A stretch of DNA of 64,000 nucleotides from NCBI GenBank assembly GCA_031280885.1, contig JAITGD010000140.1, positions 1,123-65,122 of the forward strand, given 5' to 3'. Of this stretch, positions 20,701-27,537 are shown in pieces; within the stretch, counting starts at the first letter, position 1, and each line of letters opens with the position of its first letter. Origin of the DNA: Prevotellaceae bacterium (lineage in GTDB: Bacteria > Bacteroidota > Bacteroidia > Bacteroidales > UBA932). The notes beneath the pieces are model-generated. The model did not search any database, was not told the DNA's origin, and worked only from the letters and a program-made list of their open reading frames with translations. A program made the translations under genes and the position numbers.

Positions 20701-23700
20701 GTACGGAACACAATTGCTGCAAGATATGAAAGATCTCGACGGTACTCAACGTGTACTGAATGGAAATATTGATATCGGAGCTTATGAAAAAGCTCTGGAA
20801 ATCAAACCAAACAACGGAGTATTTTATGTCAAACAGAATTTCCACGGCAATGCCGACGGCTCTTCATGGAACGATGCTTACGGAAATTTGGGCGACCCTC
20901 TGCTTTGGGCGGCTCAGCAACGCGACGGCTCGCTGGGAATTGTTGATCAGAACGATACAATCCGCGAAATCTGGGTGGCCGAAGGAAAATATCGGCCTAT
21001 GCACTTCGCCGGTCAAGCCGCCGCCGGTCAGCAAATCAATAACGACAAGGCTTTTGTTCTGGTGAACGGTGTGAAACTTTATGGCGGATTTCCCGACAAT
21101 GCCAACGATGTTGTGCATATAAATATCGAATCGCGTTTCCTTGGAAATTGCACAGGAAGAGCCTGTCTCATGCCGACAATTTTGTCGGGCGACCTTCTGG
21201 ACGACGACGATTCAACCGATTTTGCTATGACCGTAAACAAAGCCGACAACGCTGCGCATGTGATTGTAGCTGCTGATATTGACGACGATAAACAAACCGT
21301 AATCGACGGATTTATCGTAACAGAAGGATACGCCGACGGCGTCAGCTACATCGAATTAAATTCAGGAACAAAAATATACCGAGAAGACGGCGGCGGTATT
21401 TATCAGATAAATGCTTCGCCGGTGTATTCTAACCTTCGGATAATCAGCAATCGTGCTGCCGGAAAAGGCGGAGGCCTTTTTGTTAATGGTTCCGGATCGC
21501 GCTTCGAGCGTGTGGAAATAAGCGGCAACAAAGCGAAGTCAGGTGGCGGTTTACTATCCGAAGGAGATAGTATGATGCTTATAAACTGCGCTATGACAGG
21601 TAATTACTCCGAAACTGACGGCGGAGCTGTAAATGCCGCAGACAGCAAACTCGCGCTGATAAACACAAGCGTTGCAGGTAATTATGCCGACGGCGACGGA
21701 GGTGGATTGTCCTTACATCGTGGATTGCCAGAATACGCCATAACGAACAGCATAATCTGGGGAAACAAAGCGCAAAGCAATCCGACAACAAACAATATCC
21801 ACACATCCAAAGAAATAGGATACAGCTACAGCCTCGTCGAAGATGCTTTTCCAAACGGACAGTGGGACGCAAATCTCGGTACGAATCTCGTCGGAAATAT
21901 TGATCAGGATCCCACATTCGTCAATTACATCCTCCCAAGTGCGGCGACTGTACCCGTTCCCACAGGCAATTACCGTCTGATGCACGGAAGTCCGGCAATC
22001 AATGCTGCTGATACATCTTTGTATAAGAACGCTTTTGCTCCTCCTTTGACCTCCATGTACGACGAAGTGGATTTGGAAGGTATGCCTCGTCTTGCTGCTT
22101 CCGTTCTGGATATGGGCGCGCTCGAAGCCGCCACGCCAATACCTGCCACAACTCGCAGAATGTTTGTTAAAAACGGAAATCGAGGCACGGGAAGCGGCGA
22201 TTCCTGGCTAAATGCTTACGGAAATCTCGCCGACCCGCTGTTGTGGGCTTATATGCAGCGAAATAGAACTGCCGGACGTGTTGCCGCAACCGATACGATC
22301 TGCGAAATCTGGGTGGCCGAAGGAACCTATTATCCGCTTCACAAGGCCGCAAGCCACAACGGTTCCGGCCTTCCTTCCGGCAACGAACACAAGACTTTCA
22401 CCCTGGTGGACGGAGTGAAAATCTATGGCGGATTCCCCGACACAGCAAACGATAACAGACATACAACGCTGACAACTCGCGATGTAAAGCAACACAAAAC
22501 AAGATTGAACGGAGCAATCGGACAGATTAGCGGCGGCGCCGACAGCGTATATCACGTAGTTGTAGCCTCGAATCTCAAAAATTGGAACGGCGAATCGCCA
22601 ACGCTCGACGGTTTTATCATCACCGGAGGAAATGCCAAAGGCGACGGAGCTTCATTCGTTACCATCAAAGGAAACATAATTTACGACAATGTGGGAGGCG
22701 GATTGCTGGCTATTAATTCTGATATCGAATGGAATCTCGTAGAGATAAGTAGAAACGAATCGAAGGAAACCGGAGGAGGAATTTATGCCAAAAATAGCTC
22801 TATTTCAATCTCTTCAGGCTCGGTGGACGAAAATACTGCTGCGCGTCAGAGCGGCGACGGTGGCGGTGGAATTTATTCCGACAATTCGACTCTTATTCTC
22901 AACAAAGTCTTGGTCAGCAGAAACTCCGGCGGCACTGCTCTCGGAGGCGGAATTCACACTTACGACGGTACTTTCCGCGCAATCGGAACGGAAATCACAG
23001 GAAATAAAGCATCCGGAGGCGGCGGGCTTTTCCTCGACGGAACTAAGACCGATCTTATCAATGTGCTGATTGCTGGCAATGCGACAGGCACGACCGGCAC
23101 AGGCGGAGGAATCCTGTCGGCCGACAACAATGTCCGCATGACAAACGTAACCATCGGAGGGAACTCATCATCCGCCGGCTCGGCAATTTACGCCAATCAA
23201 TCAAGCTCGGTAACTGTCAATAACAGCATAGTTTGGGGAAACAAGGCGCCGACTTTTTCGCCTACGGGAACCTTCTCTTTTGAAAGTTCGCTCGTCGAAG
23301 GTTCTGGTGGAAGTACTTCTTGGACAGGCATTGCCGGAGCCGACGCCGGAAATAATACCGACGGAAATCCGCTCTTTGTTACTTGGACAAATCCAGCCAC
23401 TACAAACGGGCAGCCGGTATCGACCGACGATTATCGACTTCTGCCGGGAAGTCCGGTTGTAAATACCGGCGATAGCGCTCTCTACAAGCAGGCTTTCAAT
23501 CCTCCCTTGCAAAACATGCAGGGACAGCTCGACCTGGATGCTTTGCCGCGCGTTATCGGTTCGACTCTCGACCGCGGAGCATACGAAGCAACTACTCTGA
23601 TGCGTGCTGTAAACGACTTGGCCACAACCGATCCGCGCACTTCGATAGCTATCGACGTGCTGGCTAACGACGTGCTACTTGCCTGCAACAGAAGCAATCT

Positions 23701-25657
23701 CGCTGCAATAGCTCCATTAAGCGCTCTTTCGGCTCAAAACGGAATTTTGACGCTAAACCCCGACAGTACGATAAACTACACGCCGCCAAGCGGTTTCACA
23801 GGTATCGATTATTTCGACTACTATGTAAAATGCAACGCCGATAGTAGCGCCGCTCGTGTTACTATCGCCGTAATCAAGCCAAAAGCATGGAATTATATAG
23901 CCTGTCTCGACGCCGAAGTTACGCTTGCAGTAGATAATATTGGCGGTGTAAAATATTGGTGGTACAATGCTTTCGGAGCTTTCCTTGCGCAGGATACTTC
24001 CTCGTACACAGTAATAAAGAACAGCAATTCTGTCCAAAGTTTTCTGGTCGAACCGCACTTTCAGGGACTGACATTCCCGCGTTACAGAATCGATTTGACC
24101 CTGAGCGACGACTGCGGAAACTCGCCTTCTGCCTGTGCTACTGATGGTACTTTGCTTTTCCGCGAAGATTTCGGAGGTAACGAAAGTGATCCCGACTATT
24201 CAAACTCTCCGCTGCCACACGGAACCACTGAATATCAGCTTGTACAGGGATTGCCATCCACAGAAAATCAATATTGCCTCGCAAAAAAATCCGCAGGCAA
24301 TCAAGCCTGGTATTCCTACGACGACCACACATTTGCAGGCGATACAACGAAAGGTTACATGATGGTGATAAATGCCGGAAGCGAGAAAAAACTTCTGTAT
24401 CATACCGATTTAGATGGTCTCTGCATCGGTTCGAAGCTGAACGTCTCGGCCTGGATAGGCAACCTGACTAAGGCAAACCTCGCCCCGCAAGAGCATCCGA
24501 ATCTGCGCTTTGTGCTTACTGACCCCGCTAACGGAGACGTGCTGGCCGAATATATCACCGGTGAAATCCAACCGGAACAAACTGCCGATTGGAAACTCTT
24601 CGGATTTGCCTACACTTCCACCGGCGCTGCGGTGCAACTATCTATATACAACGCCGCTACCGGTAACGGTGATAACGACTTGGCGATAGACGACGTCGAA
24701 ATTCGCCTTTGTGTTCCGCCGGTAACGATGGCGCAGCCAGCCAACGATTTTGAAGAACTCTGCGAAGGCTCAAGTTTCTCAATCGATGGTTCTTATATCG
24801 ATAATAATACCTTCGGAACGGATTTGATTATGAGATTGGAATACAATGCCTCCGGACAAATTTACGAGCCTTCGCAATGGACTACCGTGAGCGGTACGGA
24901 ATTGACCTCCAGCGCCGGAAGCATCGATACGGTTTACTCATTCGCAGCCTCGCCGTCAAACGCCGGATATTACCGAGTGGTAGTGGCAAATCCCTTGTTA
25001 ATTGGACTGTATAGGTGTCGCTCGATGTCCCGAATCGTTTATCTTGACGTAACTAAGGCTCACGTACCGCCGGACGTCAGAATATATCTCAAGCCTGAGG
25101 CTGGCATGACGCTGAACCTCAGCGCGTATATCGATAGTCTCGACCGCCCGTACAGCCTGAAATGGACGGCCGGAAGGTCTGTGCCTTTCGTGCCGGGAAC
25201 AGAAAATACTACCGGAACTGTCGAGTTTAGCTCTCCTAACGGATATTTTTCTACTTACATATATACCTGCGACATCACCGACTCGATCTGCGGAACTCGA
25301 CAGGCAAAGGCTTATGTACGTATCCTGCAAAAAAATATCGACACCCTTACTGTCAGAATTTGCAAAGATTTACCCGAAACCGACCGGATTAATCTAAACC
25401 AAATTCTCGGACTTGAATCGCTTGGCGCTCAATGGACTTGGCTGACTAACTCAAATAATGTGTTTTCAGACAATATTACCATAATACCCGCCGGAAATCG
25501 GCACGAGGGTGCTTATCTCTTTAACGCATTGCAGGCCTTCGCTCAAGCCGGAACAGCTTATTATCACCTAAATAATCCAAACGAAAAAAAATTCGAGTTT
25601 GAGTATGCAAATCCCGCAGGAACAATGAAAAAGCGAGTCAAATTGATAGTCTATTGA
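11798..25657 (+). CDS. Giant secreted surface protein 2 (4,619 aa). It has an N-terminal cadherin/FG-GAP propeller block paralogous to gene 1, six tandem parallel-beta-helix modules, a cadherin-like domain, a jelly-roll-like domain and the shared C-terminal module.
   Basis: This is a single ORF of 13,860 nt. The signal-like N-terminus is KFILSACFAFILNTVSAQQ. Long near-identical stretches are shared with gene 1, for example DGFSLPLVGDINGDGKPEI.ALGLG, GRAWYVH, DQFQLR..PRHNSPGHLAIADLD.DGKAEIVV and HQRLKLSWAMEH...S.TGITMFDFDNDG..ELVYRDELSLR.ISPAG. The beta-helix modules carry GGG(I/L)Y and SGN.A repeats and end in D.GAYE. Confidence 0.9.
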   Translation: MIRDNSYYLWMSNRVLFTTFDFCKSARIGKFILSACFAFILNTVSAQQAFTAVNDTVKTGPLQSVTADVIKNDTIPCEDYTWRVMLAPAGKGTMRKQGDNLIFTPRVDCRNDTVRISYGVKCGGVEKYAMVVIIVSSMSLPINVIDPYTPCVNDMPFNVDFEPALKYVASTTSNSNSIPTDGFSLPLVGDINGDGKPEIVALGLGRTTGSTDGSGLSGRAWYVHVYNGQNGQRLWSVNLGTEPSGGISNVTSLGHSGITSNLSETDDQFQLRFNPRHNSPGHLAIADLDRDGKAEIVVAEVGNIGRIYALNPTLNPTTRAITGFTKKWTGNVNGTAQSYKAPYTSIETVNNHARFGSAVPYITDLNHDGRPEVIVYNKIYDGIDGLLVCELEELNAFNYTTSSSANNTNFDKYAFVGRRPGAADKEDFVPCVSIADIDGDGIIDIIAGSKVYLMKNEVINGRSMPKLKSIIKGPSQVTAQRGKGTGSFTCQVNDGFTSVVDIDLDGRLDVVVFASAMPTLNNITQSVIYVWDPLNNPTTPKAVTYLYTNANSGTFSYPFVGDINGRLDDWTGTKRLPEICMVAGRLWANGGFANGANDTWTGSKLAVHPSSSGLSLSNSSFNADNTSSIRGHVMAFTYHANPDGSTPIHQRLKLSWAMEHKDESSSTGITMFDFDNDGIRELVYRDELSLRIISPAGSNSMDLVTNSYVSSSGADKSIIRLYQPGVRSYTGYEAPVIADVDLDGSADIITTGTDATFNASNTSSDSRSRGYIYVFEHKGGKDKWAPCPPVWNQTIYFPLQINENLTVPPYPQSRLTPYTNRHGETIYPYNGHWMQQPIVREGQNFIPVVRNPNAVITNMKVEVGVPDASKTRVTLTIKNIGSASLNANTPISFYTGGMRGSGGYDINDTQNTQFIVKMNLGEDIFPNGLAVRSYDLAQNLNNTLVWARVVDNNRNFPATGYTDCDLSNNAASGADCPWLVYSITASDTIICGSAGEAILTAVPTNTPNTPSYKWYRNDNEIPGATSAVYVARQPGTYKCFIREDICSCYTPEKTITRIEAIANDDYAVSVNGATIKIPILDNDSVRRCVPMIPSISVLPSHGNAVIINDTLVYTPQSGYYGYDTLRYGIPAEAFVYISMTKITEARNDTIVAITADPTEVNILANDVIVDGCTPTISISVTPLHGGAYRSGNKIIYTSANHYTGFDSLTYKIQCGNEISYAKIIIKVIRSRVIYVKETATGAGDGSSWQDAYGNLADPLLWAAEQRLGIATGLGAVNSQVDTIREIWVAAGTYYPMHKADTLSAVRYPEERYKAFVLVNGVKIYGGFPANANDTDHNLVSSRHTATATIAPTVLSGDIGTSGYDDDNSYNVVIAVNIPNNTETVLDGFIISDAKTTNAPSSPLVNGHAVDCISAIYCYNASPVLANLKVSGNSGYYGGGIYARNSSPQIFNTLISGNSASSGCGSLYFAGSSPILTNVTVSGNYGLQGGVRASTNSNVTLNNCIVWGNHSTHTNVASTPQIHSVFIEGNSTVNISHSLIQHSGGSSSWNTAAGNDLGGNIDTNPYFIAEIPAVSAPNNNGNYRIDYNSPALNSGKNEHFPHNLQNIALLRNCYDINGDFRLVDNNIDMGAYEHQAWTVPPTPRIFYVKEGGSGNKTGDTWQDAYPNLADPVLWAYQQREGTLPVVYPGDTIAQIWVAEGTYYPMYMAGTGSSDRDKAFVLSEGLKIYGGFPQGASDTQHTSLDSRFTGVCKGSPCLSETILSGDLGKNDASTNIKTDNVYHLFIANNVTDNTVIDGFTLTGGQADGSGAINLSVNTVSSTVPRNMGGAIYNVKASPRYSNLRIVDNYADRSGGGVYCDNASSAPSFIASTLSGNRAKRDGGAISLNGGDIRMINSAITGNCADSIGGAMNVIAGKYLLLNSTIAGNHADSTGGGIYMRGNIIANVKNSIIWGNNTKFGRNSNIYRDTVQTVYNNVSVDYQYSIVGGARYGHNLGAWNPFFGTDGGNNLDMNPQFEDYITSLQNGWQATSSGDYRLQYGSSALGAASETLYMNSFNPPLANMLNEVDLGGNTRVFGVMDLGAYENQTIPPPTSSIMYVKTNGNGDGSSWDNAYPNLADPLSWANMQRKGAFGPVAINDTIREIWVAAGTYKPMHRAALHRDTLNQATTDRDKAFVLVDGVKIYGGFPANASTAANSALESRFPAGCSSRGCLAPTILSGDLGLADIPGNMTANKADNAYHVVIAAGTYTNALLDGFIIEGGNANDNAGNFVVVNKIFVDSDKGGGLYCVDSTATSSPQFKNLVFRGNIARKYGGGIYIGKSSPIITHSLVSGNIATGSTGQGIGGGMTVFNGNASLTDVRISGNQALTGAGAALISASNPRFNNVTVSGNRAQNASGGIYINGTAHPTFNNSIIWGNVAPLAPEVQIVSASAIFNHSLVSGSGGSSNWTLSSATDGGGNLDADPLFTARVNPSQSGWQPTEAGDYTLKHCSPAIDAGNNAAHPNINSVDLDGNARISGGKIDMGAYEKALVTGLTNGIFYVKQTCRGTGNGSSWNNAYGNLADPLLWADHQHKGTFGPVAAGDTIRQIWIAEGTYIPRHKIADNDENGNPTTDRDKAFVLVKGVKIYGGFPDNANNTQHTTLESRGSDMAHFATTTLSGDLNGDDLAGNFTQYKTDNAYHVIVGADIPADGKTVIDGFVISEGQADGNNYKVEVNNEQFLRTEGGGIIIVNASPLFSCNIVESNFAESGGAGISAKQSLPQIDKLTFRSNHSEGDGGGILIKDNSRPEFTNVNISGNRAANTGGGMMIDASEPVFIDALVNGNLANEGGGIAIKNNCQPDFVNVTVGGNLAQNRGGGLSFDISSPTFKNSIIWGNTASLNSASNSLFMSGGANPEYIRSLVQGSGGSSAWLASFGIDGGNNIDVNPMFNDLIISGHPSVAGDYRLKNGSPAINRGDSVLYKQAMSASFLYGTQLLQDMKDLDGTQRVLNGNIDIGAYEKALEIKPNNGVFYVKQNFHGNADGSSWNDAYGNLGDPLLWAAQQRDGSLGIVDQNDTIREIWVAEGKYRPMHFAGQAAAGQQINNDKAFVLVNGVKLYGGFPDNANDVVHINIESRFLGNCTGRACLMPTILSGDLLDDDDSTDFAMTVNKADNAAHVIVAADIDDDKQTVIDGFIVTEGYADGVSYIELNSGTKIYREDGGGIYQINASPVYSNLRIISNRAAGKGGGLFVNGSGSRFERVEISGNKAKSGGGLLSEGDSMMLINCAMTGNYSETDGGAVNAADSKLALINTSVAGNYADGDGGGLSLHRGLPEYAITNSIIWGNKAQSNPTTNNIHTSKEIGYSYSLVEDAFPNGQWDANLGTNLVGNIDQDPTFVNYILPSAATVPVPTGNYRLMHGSPAINAADTSLYKNAFAPPLTSMYDEVDLEGMPRLAASVLDMGALEAATPIPATTRRMFVKNGNRGTGSGDSWLNAYGNLADPLLWAYMQRNRTAGRVAATDTICEIWVAEGTYYPLHKAASHNGSGLPSGNEHKTFTLVDGVKIYGGFPDTANDNRHTTLTTRDVKQHKTRLNGAIGQISGGADSVYHVVVASNLKNWNGESPTLDGFIITGGNAKGDGASFVTIKGNIIYDNVGGGLLAINSDIEWNLVEISRNESKETGGGIYAKNSSISISSGSVDENTAARQSGDGGGGIYSDNSTLILNKVLVSRNSGGTALGGGIHTYDGTFRAIGTEITGNKASGGGGLFLDGTKTDLINVLIAGNATGTTGTGGGILSADNNVRMTNVTIGGNSSSAGSAIYANQSSSVTVNNSIVWGNKAPTFSPTGTFSFESSLVEGSGGSTSWTGIAGADAGNNTDGNPLFVTWTNPATTNGQPVSTDDYRLLPGSPVVNTGDSALYKQAFNPPLQNMQGQLDLDALPRVIGSTLDRGAYEATTLMRAVNDLATTDPRTSIAIDVLANDVLLACNRSNLAAIAPLSALSAQNGILTLNPDSTINYTPPSGFTGIDYFDYYVKCNADSSAARVTIAVIKPKAWNYIACLDAEVTLAVDNIGGVKYWWYNAFGAFLAQDTSSYTVIKNSNSVQSFLVEPHFQGLTFPRYRIDLTLSDDCGNSPSACATDGTLLFREDFGGNESDPDYSNSPLPHGTTEYQLVQGLPSTENQYCLAKKSAGNQAWYSYDDHTFAGDTTKGYMMVINAGSEKKLLYHTDLDGLCIGSKLNVSAWIGNLTKANLAPQEHPNLRFVLTDPANGDVLAEYITGEIQPEQTADWKLFGFAYTSTGAAVQLSIYNAATGNGDNDLAIDDVEIRLCVPPVTMAQPANDFEELCEGSSFSIDGSYIDNNTFGTDLIMRLEYNASGQIYEPSQWTTVSGTELTSSAGSIDTVYSFAASPSNAGYYRVVVANPLLIGLYRCRSMSRIVYLDVTKAHVPPDVRIYLKPEAGMTLNLSAYIDSLDRPYSLKWTAGRSVPFVPGTENTTGTVEFSSPNGYFSTYIYTCDITDSICGTRQAKAYVRILQKNIDTLTVRICKDLPETDRINLNQILGLESLGAQWTWLTNSNNVFSDNITIIPAGNRHEGAYLFNALQAFAQAGTAYYHLNNPNEKKFEFEYANPAGTMKKRVKLIVY
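15485..23590 (+). repeat. Six tandem intragenic modules (about 1.24-1.44 kb, roughly 410-480 aa each) inside giant gene 2
   Basis: Modules start near 15485, 16724, 18073, 19402, 20816 and 22153. Each opens with (I/V)(F/Y)YVK....G.GSSW..AY.NLADPL.WA..QR......DTI.EIWVA.GTY.P and KAFVLV.GVKIYGGFP. Each then has PbH1-like GGG.Y/SGN turns and closes with D(L/I)GAYE near 16690, 18045, 19375, 20788, 22125 and 23588. Confidence 0.85.
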
Positions 25658-25695
25658 TTCTGATTTCAGGAACCAGGAACCAATAGAAAATATAC

Positions 25696-25752
25696 GAAGA
25701 CACAGAAAATCACAGAGATTAAAACTCGGTGAACTCTGTGTCTTCTTTTTTT
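25696..25752 (+). terminator. Rho-independent terminator after giant gene 2
   Basis: GAAGACACAGA ... TCTGTGTCTTC has an inner CACAGAG/CTCTGTG pairing and is followed by T7. Confidence 0.7.
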
Positions 25753-25804
25753 GCGATTTACCCCAATAAGTTCTGCTTATCGACGAAAACTCCGAAAATT
25801 TGAC

Positions 25805-25812
25805 TACCTTTG
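25805..25812 (+). promoter_or_regulatory. -7 box TACCTTTG
   Basis: This is a perfect TAnnTTTG match 29 nt upstream of the ATG at 25841. Confidence 0.5.
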
Positions 25813-25840
25813 CCCCACAATTTTGAATGAAATTAAAAAA

Positions 25841-26926
25841 ATGAAACTCGGACTGAAGACCATTGATCGATATATTATTAGAAAGTTCATCGGCACATAC
25901 TTCTTTGCAATCCTTTTGATAATTTGCATAGTAATCATCTTCGACATCAGCGAGAAAATAGACGATTTTGTCAGCAAAAAAGCGCCTCTCGACAAGATAA
26001 TTTTCGATTATTACCTAAACTTTATACCCTTTTTCCTCAACGCTTTCAGTTCGCTTTTTGTATTTATTGCTGTTATATTCTTTACCTCGAAAATGGCATA
26101 CAACACCGAAATCATCGCAATCCTTTCAAACGGAACAGGCTTCTTACGAATGTTGTTTCCCTACTTTATTTCCGCTTCAATTATATTCACTTTCAGTTTG
26201 ACCCTGAATCATTTCATAATACCTCAAGCAAATAAAGTCAGGCTCGCCTTTGAAGATCAATACATCAACAAACCTTACCGTAAACAAAGCCTCAATTTGC
26301 ATTTGCAGGTCGAACCGGGGATATATCTCTACATCTCAAACTTTTTTCACTATAACAACAGAGCCGAAAACTTCAGCCTCGAACGTTTTGAGAAAAACAG
26401 ACTGCAATCGAAGCTCGTTTCCGAACATGCAACCTGGGACACAACATCCGGTAAGTGGAACTTACACAATTGCTTCATAAGAGATATACAGGATAGCGCC
26501 GAAATTATTTCCGCTCACCAACAACTCGATACTATGGTGAACTTTAGCGCCGAAGAACTGCGACAACGCGATAGCAAAATAATGGCCATGAATTATTTTG
26601 AATTATCACAGTTTATAAAAGAACAAAAAATGCGCGGAGTAAAATCAACAGCCGCTGTACTTGAGCAATATAATCGAACTTCGATTCCTTTCTCTGTATT
26701 CATCCTCACGCTCATCGGAGTTTCGCTGTCATCACGAAAAGTGCGCGGAGGAATCGGATTGCAAATAGGCGCAGGCATTGCCCTCAGTTTCACCTATATT
26801 CTCCTTTTGAGGTTCAGTGAAGTATTCATCCAAGTAGGCCTCGCTACGCCCCCAACTGCGGCCTGGCTACCTAACTTACTTTTCCTGATTATCGCTATAA
26901 TGCTCTACCGTACAGCGCCAAAATAA
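25841..26926 (+). CDS. LptF/LptG-family (YjgP/YjgQ) LPS export permease
   Basis: The N-terminus MKLGLKTIDRYIIRKFIGTYFFAILLI is typical of the family. The layout is several TM segments, a central periplasmic domain, then C-terminal TM segments. I chose the internal Met at 25841 (track ORF starts 25751) because the -7 box lies inside the longer ORF. Confidence 0.75.
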   Translation: MKLGLKTIDRYIIRKFIGTYFFAILLIICIVIIFDISEKIDDFVSKKAPLDKIIFDYYLNFIPFFLNAFSSLFVFIAVIFFTSKMAYNTEIIAILSNGTGFLRMLFPYFISASIIFTFSLTLNHFIIPQANKVRLAFEDQYINKPYRKQSLNLHLQVEPGIYLYISNFFHYNNRAENFSLERFEKNRLQSKLVSEHATWDTTSGKWNLHNCFIRDIQDSAEIISAHQQLDTMVNFSAEELRQRDSKIMAMNYFELSQFIKEQKMRGVKSTAAVLEQYNRTSIPFSVFILTLIGVSLSSRKVRGGIGLQIGAGIALSFTYILLLRFSEVFIQVGLATPPTAAWLPNLLFLIIAIMLYRTAPK

Positions 26927-26959
26927 AAAATCCACACATAATATACATACTTTCAAGCA

Positions 26960-27502
26960 ATGAAAAAAAGAATTAAACTCCATGACAAAGAATTTGAAAT
27001 CTACATCCCGTATTCCGAGATGTCGAAGATAATCGAAAACGTCGCAGTTCAAATAAATTACGACATGAAGAACGAGTCTGCGCCCGTATTTATCAGCGTT
27101 TTGAACGGTGCATTCATGTTCACTGCCGACTTGCTAAAAAATATCGATTTCCCCTGCGAAGTATCTTTCGTAAAATTAAAATCCTACCAAGGTACAGAAT
27201 CCTCAGGTACAATGAATCAATTGATTGGACTCAATCAGAACCTCGCAGGACGAACCGTAATCCTGCTCGAAGACATTGTGGACACCGGCTCAACCCTCGA
27301 ATTTCTGCTGACTTCAATACAAAAACACAAACCGCGACAAATTAAAATCGCAACCATGCTGTATAAACCCGATTCTTATAAAAAAAATATAAGCCTCGAT
27401 TATATAGGACTGCATATCCCAAATAAATTCGTAGTGGGATATGGACTGGATTACAACGAACTCGGACGAAATCTCCACGACATTTATACGCTTACTCAAT
27501 AA
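26960..27502 (+). CDS. hpt: Hypoxanthine phosphoribosyltransferase
   Basis: It is 180 aa with the PRPP-binding motif VILLEDIVDTGSTL and a C-terminal FVVGYGLDYNE. Confidence 0.9.
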   Translation: MKKRIKLHDKEFEIYIPYSEMSKIIENVAVQINYDMKNESAPVFISVLNGAFMFTADLLKNIDFPCEVSFVKLKSYQGTESSGTMNQLIGLNQNLAGRTVILLEDIVDTGSTLEFLLTSIQKHKPRQIKIATMLYKPDSYKKNISLDYIGLHIPNKFVVGYGLDYNELGRNLHDIYTLTQ

Positions 27503-27537
27503 ATTATTAAAAAAAATTTTTAAAACAAAACTTAAAG

